Part shown: piece by piece, positions 18,983-27,584 of the stretch
Position numbering within the stretch: position 1 is the first letter of the stretch
Layout of the letters: every line of letters starts with the position of its first letter
Assembly (NCBI GenBank): GCA_031362885.1
Contig: JANLTJ010000054.1
Coordinates: forward strand, 2,939 to 66,938
DNA length: 64,000 bases
Origin: Betaproteobacteria bacterium
Lineage (GTDB): Bacteria; Pseudomonadota; Gammaproteobacteria; Burkholderiales; JACQAP01
Reading direction: 5' to 3'
Notes under the pieces: model-generated
Database searches by the model: none
What the model was told of the DNA's origin: nothing
The model's input: only the letters and a program-made list of their open reading frames with translations
Program-made: the position numbers and the translations under genes

Positions 18983-19252
18983 TTACGGCCGTCGTTGCCT
19001 GCCGCAATCCCAAGTACGCAGCAAGCAGGCAAACGGATGCGGGTTAGGGTCCCCTTGTTCTCGCTCCTGGCGATCTGCTTTGATAGCGGGATGATCGCGC
19101 AAGGCAGTGCGCAGAAAGGACATTGGTTTCTGAAGGTTACGGCAGCCGGCGCAGACCTTCAAGTGCACGGATAAACGCCAGCGCTCGACCCAGCCAAGGC
19201 GCCGGTCCCGCGATTGCGAGACCTGCGCCGAGACGTGCTTACAGGTATTCAT
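18983..19252 (-). CDS. zf-HC2 (zinc-binding anti-sigma-like) domain protein
   Basis: 89 aa from ATG 19252: MNTCKHVSAQVSQSRDRRLGWVERWRLSVHLKVCAGCRNL.. carries the H-x3-C-x2-C ZAS motif. No TM segment. Directly upstream of and co-directional with the precursor gene. Confidence 0.6.
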   Translation of the reverse strand: MNTCKHVSAQVSQSRDRRLGWVERWRLSVHLKVCAGCRNLQKPMSFLRTALRDHPAIKADRQEREQGDPNPHPFACLLRTWDCGRQRRP

Positions 19253-19539
19253 CGATTCTGGCTTGCGGCTGATCCGCATTGTGGCAGGCAGTCCTCAATT
19301 GGCAGCACCGATCGGCTGGTCTTCTGTGCCGAACCAGGCACTCGCCCAAGATCAAAGAATAACCCAGCAATTGAATGAGGAAATACCAAGTTCCTCATTG
19401 AGGCGACTGGTGACGCTGCACTTGCGGCAGCGTATAGCGGCAGAGATAGTCGCGGTGCTCCTGAAGCTCTTCGATCCCGGCGCCGCCGATTGCCGCCAAC
19501 GCCGTGGTCGGAACACGCCCTGGCAGGGACATGCATGCT

Positions 19540-19569
19540 CTTGAAATGGCCGGGATGGCGCTTATATAA
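19540..19569 (+). promoter_or_regulatory. Candidate sigma-32 (heat-shock) promoter of the hsp20 gene
   Basis: CTTGAAA (19540-19546), a 13-nt spacer, then gCttATaTA (19560-19568). Compare the consensus CTTGAAA-N13-17-CCCCATnTA. It lies about 50 nt upstream of ATG 19620, which has the SD AAGGAGA. Confidence 0.45.
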
Positions 19570-19619
19570 GCCGCAAGGGTAGCTACTGCACCCGCACTTT
19601 CATTCAAGGAGACCACATC

Positions 19620-20042
19620 ATGGCAAATCTGATGCGCTGCAATCCATTTGACGACGGCTTGGACGACTTTTTCAAGGGTTTTTTCGTGCGCCCGCTAACA
19701 CTCGACAATTCGGCGCCGGTGCAAGTGCGCATGGACGTAGCCGAGGATGCTGACGCCTATACTGTGCGCGCCGAGATTCCGGGCGTGAAAAAAGATGACA
19801 TCAACGTCACCATCGACGGCAATCAAATCGCCATCAGCGCCGAAGTCAAGCGCGAGAGCGAGGACAAGCGCGGTGAAGCGCTGCTGCGCTCCGAGCGTTA
19901 TTATGGAAAAGTCCATCGCGCCTTCAGTCTGGCGCAGGACGTGGACGAGGCCGCGGCGCAAGCGAAGTACCACGAGGGCGTTCTGGAGCTGCGTCTGCCA
20001 AAGAAGGCCGCTGCCAGCGCAAGGAAACTGACGATCCAGTGA
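19620..20042 (+). CDS. Small heat-shock protein, Hsp20/alpha-crystallin family
   Basis: 140 aa. The alpha-crystallin domain runs from DVAEDADAYTVRAEIPGVKKDDINVTIDGNQIAISAE.. to ..GVLELRLPK. Confidence 0.93.
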   Translation: MANLMRCNPFDDGLDDFFKGFFVRPLTLDNSAPVQVRMDVAEDADAYTVRAEIPGVKKDDINVTIDGNQIAISAEVKRESEDKRGEALLRSERYYGKVHRAFSLAQDVDEAAAQAKYHEGVLELRLPKKAAASARKLTIQ

Positions 20043-20214
20043 TCGACCATCCGGGGGTGGCCAGCCGCGTCGCCCTCGGCGCACCTTAATACGCATTGCG
20101 CTCTGTCAGCGCGCACGTCTGCTGCTCAAGATTCGGACGCAATGGAGACCGAGGATCATGTTTTCATTACGACTCTGGCAACTGTCGCGGTAGAATCCGC
20201 GCTGTCCCGGTTAA

Positions 20215-21114
<900 letters not shown>

Positions 21115-21156
21115 TGCCTTGCCGGCCAAGTCAGGGTAGGTTGTCCCGAACCTGAT

Positions 21157-21813
21157 ATGAGTGTGGCCGCAATGCGCAGGTCGAAGGTGTGGATCTTCGA
21201 TCTCGACAATACGCTGCACGACGCGCGCGCGCACATCTTTCCGCATATCAACCGCTCCATGACCGACTACGTCGCCGCGCTGCTCGGTGTCGGAACCGAG
21301 GAAGCCAGCATTCTGCGTGAGCGCTACTGGAAGACTTACGGAGCGACGCTGCTGGGTCTGATCCGGCACCACGATGTCGATCCGGAGCATTTTCTGCGCG
21401 AAACCCATCGCCTTCCGGCGCTGGAGCGCATGGTGGTCGCGCGTCGTGAACTGCGCTCCGTGCTGCACCGCCTGCCGGGTCGAAAGATCGTGTTTTCCAA
21501 CGCGCCCGGACACTATGCCGGAGCGGTGCTCAAGGTGCTCGGCGTGGACGATCTGTTCGACGATGTTTTTTGCATCGAGCACACCCGGTTTCGGCCCAAG
21601 CCGCAAGCGCATGGATTCCTGCGCCTGATGCATGCACACAGGCTGGTGGCTTCGCGCTGTGTGATGGTGGAGGACAGCCTGGAGAATCTGCGTACGGCCA
21701 GGCGCATGGGCATGAAAACCGTGCTGGTGGGCGAGCCGAACTGCGCGCCAGCCTGGGTGGATGCCAAAGTACGACACTTGTTCCGGTTGCCCAGATTGCT
21801 GCATCTGCTCTAA
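21157..21813 (+). CDS. HAD-superfamily pyrimidine 5'-nucleotidase
   Basis: 218 aa. HAD motif I WIFDLDNTLH, motif II FSNA, motif IV VEDS. The context (argB-HAD-slmA) is conserved. Confidence 0.8.
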   Translation: MSVAAMRRSKVWIFDLDNTLHDARAHIFPHINRSMTDYVAALLGVGTEEASILRERYWKTYGATLLGLIRHHDVDPEHFLRETHRLPALERMVVARRELRSVLHRLPGRKIVFSNAPGHYAGAVLKVLGVDDLFDDVFCIEHTRFRPKPQAHGFLRLMHAHRLVASRCVMVEDSLENLRTARRMGMKTVLVGEPNCAPAWVDAKVRHLFRLPRLLHLL

Positions 21814-21901
21814 TGCGCCGCGCATTCGCAATACGCTGGTTCGTGTTAAATTTCGCGCGGTCTTGCCAATTTTTTGCCCTCTACACTGTATCAGCGCCAC
21901 C

Positions 21902-22474
21902 ATGCCGACCAAGCCCGGAGAACGCAAGCTGCAGATCTTGCAGACCTTAGCGAGCATGCTCGAAATTCCCAAAGTGGAAAAAATCACCACGGCCGCGCTT
22001 GCCGCAAGACTCGACGTTTCCGAAGCCGCGCTCTACCGGCATTTCGCGAGCAAAGCGCAGATGTACGAAGGCCTGATCGAATTCATCGAGCAGACCCTGT
22101 TCGGCCTGATCAACAAGATTACCGCCGAGGAGTCGGGTGGCCTGAAGCAACTCGAGGCGATCATGACAACATTGCTCGGTTTCGCGAAAAAAAATCCCGG
22201 CATGACTCGGGTGCTGATCGGAGACGCGCTGGTGAACGAAAACGAGCGCTTGCAGGCACGCATCAACCAGTTGCACGACCGTCTGGAGGCGACCCTGAAA
22301 CAGGCGTTGCGCTTCGCCGCTTCGGAAAAGCAGCTTCCGGAGGGAACCGACGCGGCCGCGCAGGCTAATCTCATGATGGCCTTCGTGATCGGGCGCTGGC
22401 ATCAGTTTGCCAAGAGCGGCTTCAGACGCGACCCGACCGAACAATGGGCCATGCAATGGCCTTTGTTGGTATAG
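21902..22474 (+). CDS. slmA: Nucleoid occlusion factor SlmA (TetR family)
   Basis: 190 aa from ATG 21902. ERKLQILQTLASMLE..ITTAALAARLDVSEAALYRHFASKAQMYEGLIEFIE is the SlmA-type HTH. Confidence 0.85.
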   Translation: MPTKPGERKLQILQTLASMLEIPKVEKITTAALAARLDVSEAALYRHFASKAQMYEGLIEFIEQTLFGLINKITAEESGGLKQLEAIMTTLLGFAKKNPGMTRVLIGDALVNENERLQARINQLHDRLEATLKQALRFAASEKQLPEGTDAAAQANLMMAFVIGRWHQFAKSGFRRDPTEQWAMQWPLLV

Positions 22475-22480
22475 CAGCAA

Positions 22481-22951
22481 GTGCGTGGCGCGAAGAAAAA
22501 GCTCAGGCCAGTAGCGTGCGCGCTGGTGGCGGCACTGCTGGGCGCTTGCGCCGCATCGGACGACGAATTTGCCAAGGTCGTGGTCGGCACCTGGGGTTCG
22601 CGCGAAGTGGCGCCCGACGATGTCATTGTTGAAAACCGATTCACGCTATTGCCCGGTGGGCGTGTCAACTGGCAGGGCGAGCTGCGCATGCTGGTGCCGG
22701 CCGATTTTGACTTGCCCAATCGCCCCAACTTCGAAATCAGAAACGGCCGGTTGGTGTATTACTTTTCCGCCAGCGGCAACTGGTCGGTGCGCGATGGCTA
22801 TCTGCACACGAAGATCGAGACGTCCACTCTGCCGAGTCTGATGCCGTCGGGTTTCGCCGCCGCTTGGAAACTTAAGGAAGTGACCGGCAAGGAAATGATC
22901 TACACGTCGGCCGCCAGCGGGCGCACGCGCGTCGAATATCGAAAAGACTGA
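22481..22951 (+). CDS. Hypothetical lipoprotein
   Basis: 156 aa with a GTG start and a lipobox (ALLGAC). I recognise no family. Confidence 0.5.
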   Translation: MRGAKKKLRPVACALVAALLGACAASDDEFAKVVVGTWGSREVAPDDVIVENRFTLLPGGRVNWQGELRMLVPADFDLPNRPNFEIRNGRLVYYFSASGNWSVRDGYLHTKIETSTLPSLMPSGFAAAWKLKEVTGKEMIYTSAASGRTRVEYRKD

Positions 22952-22959
22952 GCCCCAGG

Positions 22960-23754
22960 CTAGGGGCCGGTAGTACAGACTTGCGCCAAGACGCGCTGAG
23001 CGGTGTCCCCGCCGCTGCAAACCGCGCACTGTGTATCTTTCTTCAGGCGCACGCTGCGCCATTCCATGCTCAGCGCGTCAAGCAGCAGCAGCCGGCCGCT
23101 CAGGTTTCTGCCTATGCCCATCAGCAATTTCAGCACTTCGGCGGCCTGAACGGAACCGACCATGCCGACCAGCGGCGCGAATACGCCCATCACGGCGCAG
23201 CGCATATCTTCGAGATCACCGCTTTCCGGGAAAAGACAGTGATAACAGGGGCTCTGCGCGGTACGCAAATCGAATACCGTAATCTGCCCGTCGAAGCGCA
23301 CACCGGCACCTGAAACCAGTGGCCTGGAAAAGCGCACGCAGGCGCGGTTAATGGCATGACGGGTGGCAAAATTATCCGTGCAATCGACCACCACATCTGC
23401 TTTCTGGACCAGTTGCTCAAGACGTTCACCGGCCACGCGCTCGGCGAGTGGTGTGACGACGGTCTCAGGATTGATGCGCGTCAGCGTTTCGCGCGCGGAA
23501 TCGACTTTCAGCTTCCCGATGGAATCGGTGAAATGCACGATCTGCCGCTGCAAGTTGGTCAGATCGACCGTGTCGTCGTCCGCAATCGTCAAGCGGCCAA
23601 CGCCGCTCGCCGCCAGATAGAGTGCAACCGGTGCACCGAGGCCGCCGGCGCCAATCATGAGAACGTGCGCGTCGAGCAGCCGCTGTTGCCCATCAATGCC
23701 GATTTCCGGCAGCAGGATATGGCGGCTGTAGCGTAGTAACTGGGTGTCGTCCAT
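22960..23754 (-). CDS. moeB: Molybdopterin-synthase adenylyltransferase / ThiF-MoeB-HesA family E1-like enzyme
   Basis: LLRYSRHILLPEIGIDGQQRL..VLMIGAGGLGAPVALYLAASGVG..DDDTVDLTNLQRQ plus CxxC pairs (CYHC, CAVC). Start assigned to ATG 23754. Confidence 0.85.
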   Translation of the reverse strand: MDDTQLLRYSRHILLPEIGIDGQQRLLDAHVLMIGAGGLGAPVALYLAASGVGRLTIADDDTVDLTNLQRQIVHFTDSIGKLKVDSARETLTRINPETVVTPLAERVAGERLEQLVQKADVVVDCTDNFATRHAINRACVRFSRPLVSGAGVRFDGQITVFDLRTAQSPCYHCLFPESGDLEDMRCAVMGVFAPLVGMVGSVQAAEVLKLLMGIGRNLSGRLLLLDALSMEWRSVRLKKDTQCAVCSGGDTAQRVLAQVCTTGP

Positions 23755-23804
23755 TGCAGTTCGATTACGGCGGGTCAAATGCTGGTTGCACAGACATCTT
23801 AACG

Positions 23805-23833
23805 CGGAAGGCCCGCACTGGGCGGGCCTTCCG
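23805..23833 (-). terminator. GC-rich hairpin downstream of ctpA (possible terminator, no clear U-tract)
   Basis: CGGAAGGCCCGC / GCGGGCCTTCCG forms a 12-bp perfect stem with a 5-nt loop, 53 nt after the ctpA stop. There is no T-run on either side. Confidence 0.35.
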
Positions 23834-23885
23834 GCAATACTGGGGTTGCCGCTGAGTTTCTGTTTGCGGCGGAACTCAACAGCGG

Positions 23886-25295
23886 CTATTGCCTGCCGAG
23901 AATCTGCAAGCCTTTCAGCAGATTCAAAGCCTGATTCAACTGATAGTCGTTCTTGGACACGATGTCCGGTGGCGTGCCATCGTCGGCAGGCTTGTCTTCG
24001 ACTTTCGGGGCTGACGCCGGGGGCGTCGCGGATTGCGGCTGCGGCACGGGAGCTTTGCTGCCACCCGCCTCGCCTTGGGGATTGCCGAGATGGCGGCTGA
24101 GATCGGCCTCCCGCACTCTGAGGGCAATGTCGCCATCGGTCACCGTCGCTTCTTCGACCACGATATCGGGTGTAATGCCCTTCGCCTGAATCGAGCGTCC
24201 ATTCGGCGTGAAGTAGCGCGCGGTGGTGAGCTTGATCGCGGTGCCATTGCCAAGCGGCAGAATGGTCTGCACCGAACCTTTGCCGAAAGTCTGCGTACCC
24301 ATGATGACCGCGCGCTTGTGATCCTGCAGGGCGCCAGCGACGATTTCCGATGCCGATGCCGAACCGCTGTTGACCAGTACCACCATCGGCAGAGTTTTGA
24401 TCTCTTTTGGCAATTTTTTCAGATAGTCGTCCCGGCTGCCGCGCAGGTAAAACTCTGGACGCGCATACAGCTTCATCTTGGCGTCATCGGTACGTCCCTC
24501 GGTGTAAACCACCAGCGCTTCGCCCGGCAGGAAGGCCGCCGATACGGCCACCGAGCTGTTGAGCAGGCCGCCGGGGTCATTGCGCAGATCGAGAATGATG
24601 CCCTTCATCGGGGCATTGTTTTCCTTGAACAGTTTTTCGATGAATTTGGCCAGCGTCTCGCCGGTGTGTTCTTGGAACTGCGTAACGCGGAAGTAGGCGT
24701 AACCGGGCTCAAGCAACTTAGACTTGACGCTCTGAACCTGAATGACGGCGCGCGTCAGCGTCACCACGCGGGGCTTGGTGTCGCCCTTGCGCACGACCGT
24801 CAGCGTGATCTGCGTATCAGGTCTGCCGCGCATGCGCTTCACGGCATCGTTGAGCGACATGCCCTTGACGCTGGTTTCGTCGAGCTTGATGATCAGGTCG
24901 CCCGATTTGAGTCCCGCGCGCCAGGCTGGCGAATCTTCGATGGGCGCGACAACCTTGACGAAACCGTCTTCCATCCCGACTTCAATTCCCAAACCGCCGA
25001 ACTCTCCCTGGGTGCCGACTTGCAGATCCTTGAACGCCTCGACATCCAGATAAGCGGAGTGCGGGTCCAGGCCGGACAACATGCCGTTGATGGCTTCGGA
25101 AATCAGCTTCTTGTCATCGACCGGCTCGACGTAGTCGTTCTTGATGCGCCCAAAGACCTCGGTAAACGCGCGCAAGTCCTCGATTGGCAGCGGCCCGGCA
25201 CTCTTTTGCGCCACGGCAGAAAAGTTAAGACTGATCAGCACGCCGAGGATCGTGCCGAAAACGATCAGACTAATCTGCCGAAATTTGCTTTGCAT
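23886..25295 (-). CDS. ctpA: Carboxy-terminal processing peptidase (S41 family)
   Basis: 469 aa with a signal anchor, a PDZ segment (GLKSGDLIIKLD) and an S41 core (LVNSGSASASEIVAGALQD..GTQTFGKGSVQ). Confidence 0.93.
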   Translation of the reverse strand: MQSKFRQISLIVFGTILGVLISLNFSAVAQKSAGPLPIEDLRAFTEVFGRIKNDYVEPVDDKKLISEAINGMLSGLDPHSAYLDVEAFKDLQVGTQGEFGGLGIEVGMEDGFVKVVAPIEDSPAWRAGLKSGDLIIKLDETSVKGMSLNDAVKRMRGRPDTQITLTVVRKGDTKPRVVTLTRAVIQVQSVKSKLLEPGYAYFRVTQFQEHTGETLAKFIEKLFKENNAPMKGIILDLRNDPGGLLNSSVAVSAAFLPGEALVVYTEGRTDDAKMKLYARPEFYLRGSRDDYLKKLPKEIKTLPMVVLVNSGSASASEIVAGALQDHKRAVIMGTQTFGKGSVQTILPLGNGTAIKLTTARYFTPNGRSIQAKGITPDIVVEEATVTDGDIALRVREADLSRHLGNPQGEAGGSKAPVPQPQSATPPASAPKVEDKPADDGTPPDIVSKNDYQLNQALNLLKGLQILGRQ

Positions 25296-25437
25296 CCTGT
25301 TGACTCCTTAATGTGCGCGCAAGCTGATGGCGCGCGATCTCATTTCAAAATTTGGCGGTCGCCCGTGTTACCAAAAAAAGCTATTCCCAAGCGGCGGGCT
25401 TTTCCCCAAGTGGCGGCGTTCAATGATGCCCGAGGGA

Positions 25438-26682
25438 TCACTTCAAAGATACCCAGGGGATAGGGTCGAAAGGTTTTCCCTGAAATCTAAGTTCAAAGTA
25501 TAAACCCGAATCGGGGTTGCCACCGCTGTTGCCGGCCGTCGCAATGGTATCGCCCGCCCGGACTTCTTCTCCGACCTGCTTGAGCAAGGACTCGTTGTTG
25601 CCGTACAAGCTCATATAACCATCGTCGTGGTCGAGAATCAACAAGTTGCCGAAGCCTCGCAGCCAATCCGAATACACTACGCGCCCGTTGGCGATGGTCT
25701 TGATCTCCCGGCCGGCTTTAGTGGCTATGAACAAGCCTTTCCAGAATGCGCCGCTGTCCTGTCTTCGTCCACCGAAGCTATTGATAAGTTCACCGATTAC
25801 CGGCAAACGCAGGCGACCCTTGAGCTGACGAAACGGCCCCGACCCGGTGTCGGCGTTCGGCAATGCTTGATTTGTCAGGCGTTTCTTGCCTTTCTTGCCG
25901 CCTTTGCGCGCCGCTTCGCTGGCCAGTTTTTCAAGCAATTTGGAAAGTCGTTCTTCGTCGCGCCGGAGCGTCGAAAGCTGCTCGCGGCTGTTGTCGATGT
26001 CTTTTGATACCTTTACATATACCAGTTGCCGCTGCGCTTTCTCCTTTTCCAGCTTGCGCATCTGCTGCGTTTCTTCACTTTGCAAAGCACGCAGCTCCGC
26101 GCTCTTGCGACTGGTTTCGTCATTCAGTTTCTGCAGGCTCGCGAGATTCTCCCTCAGGCGACCCAGAAGGTCAGAGCGGGCTTTCGAGACGTAAGCCAAA
26201 TAGTGCAACTGACGCGCGATTTCGTTCGGGTCTTCGCCGTTCAACACCAGCTTGATGGCGTCGGATTGTCCACCGACATACTGCTGATAGAGCAACCGGT
26301 CCAGTGTTGACTGTTCATTGTCTATGGTGTTGCGCAAGTCACGAATCCGCGATTGGAGCCGGGACAACGCGGTGTCGGCGGCGCGCCGCCGGCCGGCGAT
26401 CTGAAAAACCTTGCGGCTGGTTTCGCTGACAGCGCGCTCCGAATCCTTCAGTGCATCGGCGGCATCCGCCTTTGAATCTTCCGATTCGGTCAGCTTTTTC
26501 TTCAGGGAATTGATGCGGCTGCGAAGGTCCTTGAGCTCATCTTCTGGCCCGGCCAACGCGCCGTTCGCCGCGCACGCCAGCAACAGCGCTGCCAGAAGCG
26601 AGGAAACAGCTTTTCGGCCTGTGCTGAAGACCGAAACCCTCCTCAAGATCTGAACGATGCCCAAGACCCGAAAAATGCTCAA
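25438..26682 (-). CDS. envC: Murein hydrolase activator EnvC-like (coiled-coil + M23/LytM domain)
   Basis: 414 aa with a long coiled-coil N-half and a C-terminal M23 domain (..[33 protein letters not shown]). The TTG start overlaps the gpmA stop. A downstream start is possible. Confidence 0.85.
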   Translation of the reverse strand: MSIFRVLGIVQILRRVSVFSTGRKAVSSLLAALLLACAANGALAGPEDELKDLRSRINSLKKKLTESEDSKADAADALKDSERAVSETSRKVFQIAGRRRAADTALSRLQSRIRDLRNTIDNEQSTLDRLLYQQYVGGQSDAIKLVLNGEDPNEIARQLHYLAYVSKARSDLLGRLRENLASLQKLNDETSRKSAELRALQSEETQQMRKLEKEKAQRQLVYVKVSKDIDNSREQLSTLRRDEERLSKLLEKLASEAARKGGKKGKKRLTNQALPNADTGSGPFRQLKGRLRLPVIGELINSFGGRRQDSGAFWKGLFIATKAGREIKTIANGRVVYSDWLRGFGNLLILDHDDGYMSLYGNNESLLKQVGEEVRAGDTIATAGNSGGNPDSGLYFELRFQGKPFDPIPWVSLK

Positions 26683-27428
26683 GACCTGGCGCGCGCTTGT
26701 GCCGCCACGGCCGCCGCCGCCTGCCTTGCCTTTTCCGCATCGCCCAGATAGTAATTACGCAGAGGCCGCAATGTATCGTCCAATTCGTAGACCAGCGGAA
26801 TTCCGGTCGGAATGTTCAACCCCACGATGTCTTCTTCGGATACGTTGTCGAGAAACTTCACCAGCGCGCGTATGGTATTTCCATGCGCCACCACGATGAC
26901 GCGCTGACCGGCTTTGACCTGCGGTGCGATCACATCGTTCCAGTGGGGCAGAAAGCGCGCAACCGTGTCTTTAAGGCACTCGGTCAGGGGCAGCTCGCGT
27001 CGATCCATGTGCGCGTAGCGTCGATCATTTCCGGGAAAGCGGGCATCGTCCGGGTCGAGCGCGGGCGGCGGCGTATCGTAGCTGCGGCGCCAAACCAGAA
27101 TCTGTTCCTCCCCATAGCGCTCGGCTGTGTCGGCCTTGTTCAGGCCCTGCAATGCGCCATAGTGGCGTTCATTGAGCCGCCAGGAAAGCTGCTGAGGTAT
27201 CCAGGTCAAGTCCAGCTCCTCGAGCGCGATCCACAAAGTCCGAATTGCCCGCTTGAGCACCGAACAATGCGCGAGATCGAAATCGAATCTTTCCTGTTTG
27301 AGCAGCAGCCCGGCCTGATGGGCTTCCTCAATTCCTTTCGTGGAAAGATCGACATCGGTCCACCCGGTAAACCGGTTTTCCCGGTTCCAGATACTTTCGC
27401 CATGACGCAGAAGTACTATTTTCTTCAT
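26679..27428 (-). CDS. gpmA: 2,3-bisphosphoglycerate-dependent phosphoglycerate mutase
   Basis: 249 aa. The [24 protein letters not shown].. catalytic RHGE motif. Full-length GpmA. Confidence 0.95.
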   Translation of the reverse strand: MKKIVLLRHGESIWNRENRFTGWTDVDLSTKGIEEAHQAGLLLKQERFDFDLAHCSVLKRAIRTLWIALEELDLTWIPQQLSWRLNERHYGALQGLNKADTAERYGEEQILVWRRSYDTPPPALDPDDARFPGNDRRYAHMDRRELPLTECLKDTVARFLPHWNDVIAPQVKAGQRVIVVAHGNTIRALVKFLDNVSEEDIVGLNIPTGIPLVYELDDTLRPLRNYYLGDAEKARQAAAAVAAQARARS

Positions 27429-27584
27429 GGAAGCATGTAATGATTGCCAGGTTAATGAAATGCGGGCGCGCCAGCCTCCGTCATCAGTTTTGCAGACAGG
27501 CTTTGATCTGCGCGCGATCGCCCAGAGGACGGAATTGTATTACCCGCATCAACCAGTGTCGCGCCGATTTCAGGACTGCCGGAA

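Noticed and set aside
22951-22975. Short hairpin GCCCC-AGGCTA-GGGGC between the convergent lipoprotein and moeB genes
   Set aside because: The stem is only 5 bp with no U-tract, which is too weak to call a terminator.
24033-25463. 476-aa plus-strand ORF opposite ctpA
   Set aside because: It is antisense to a clear S41 peptidase and has no motifs of its own.
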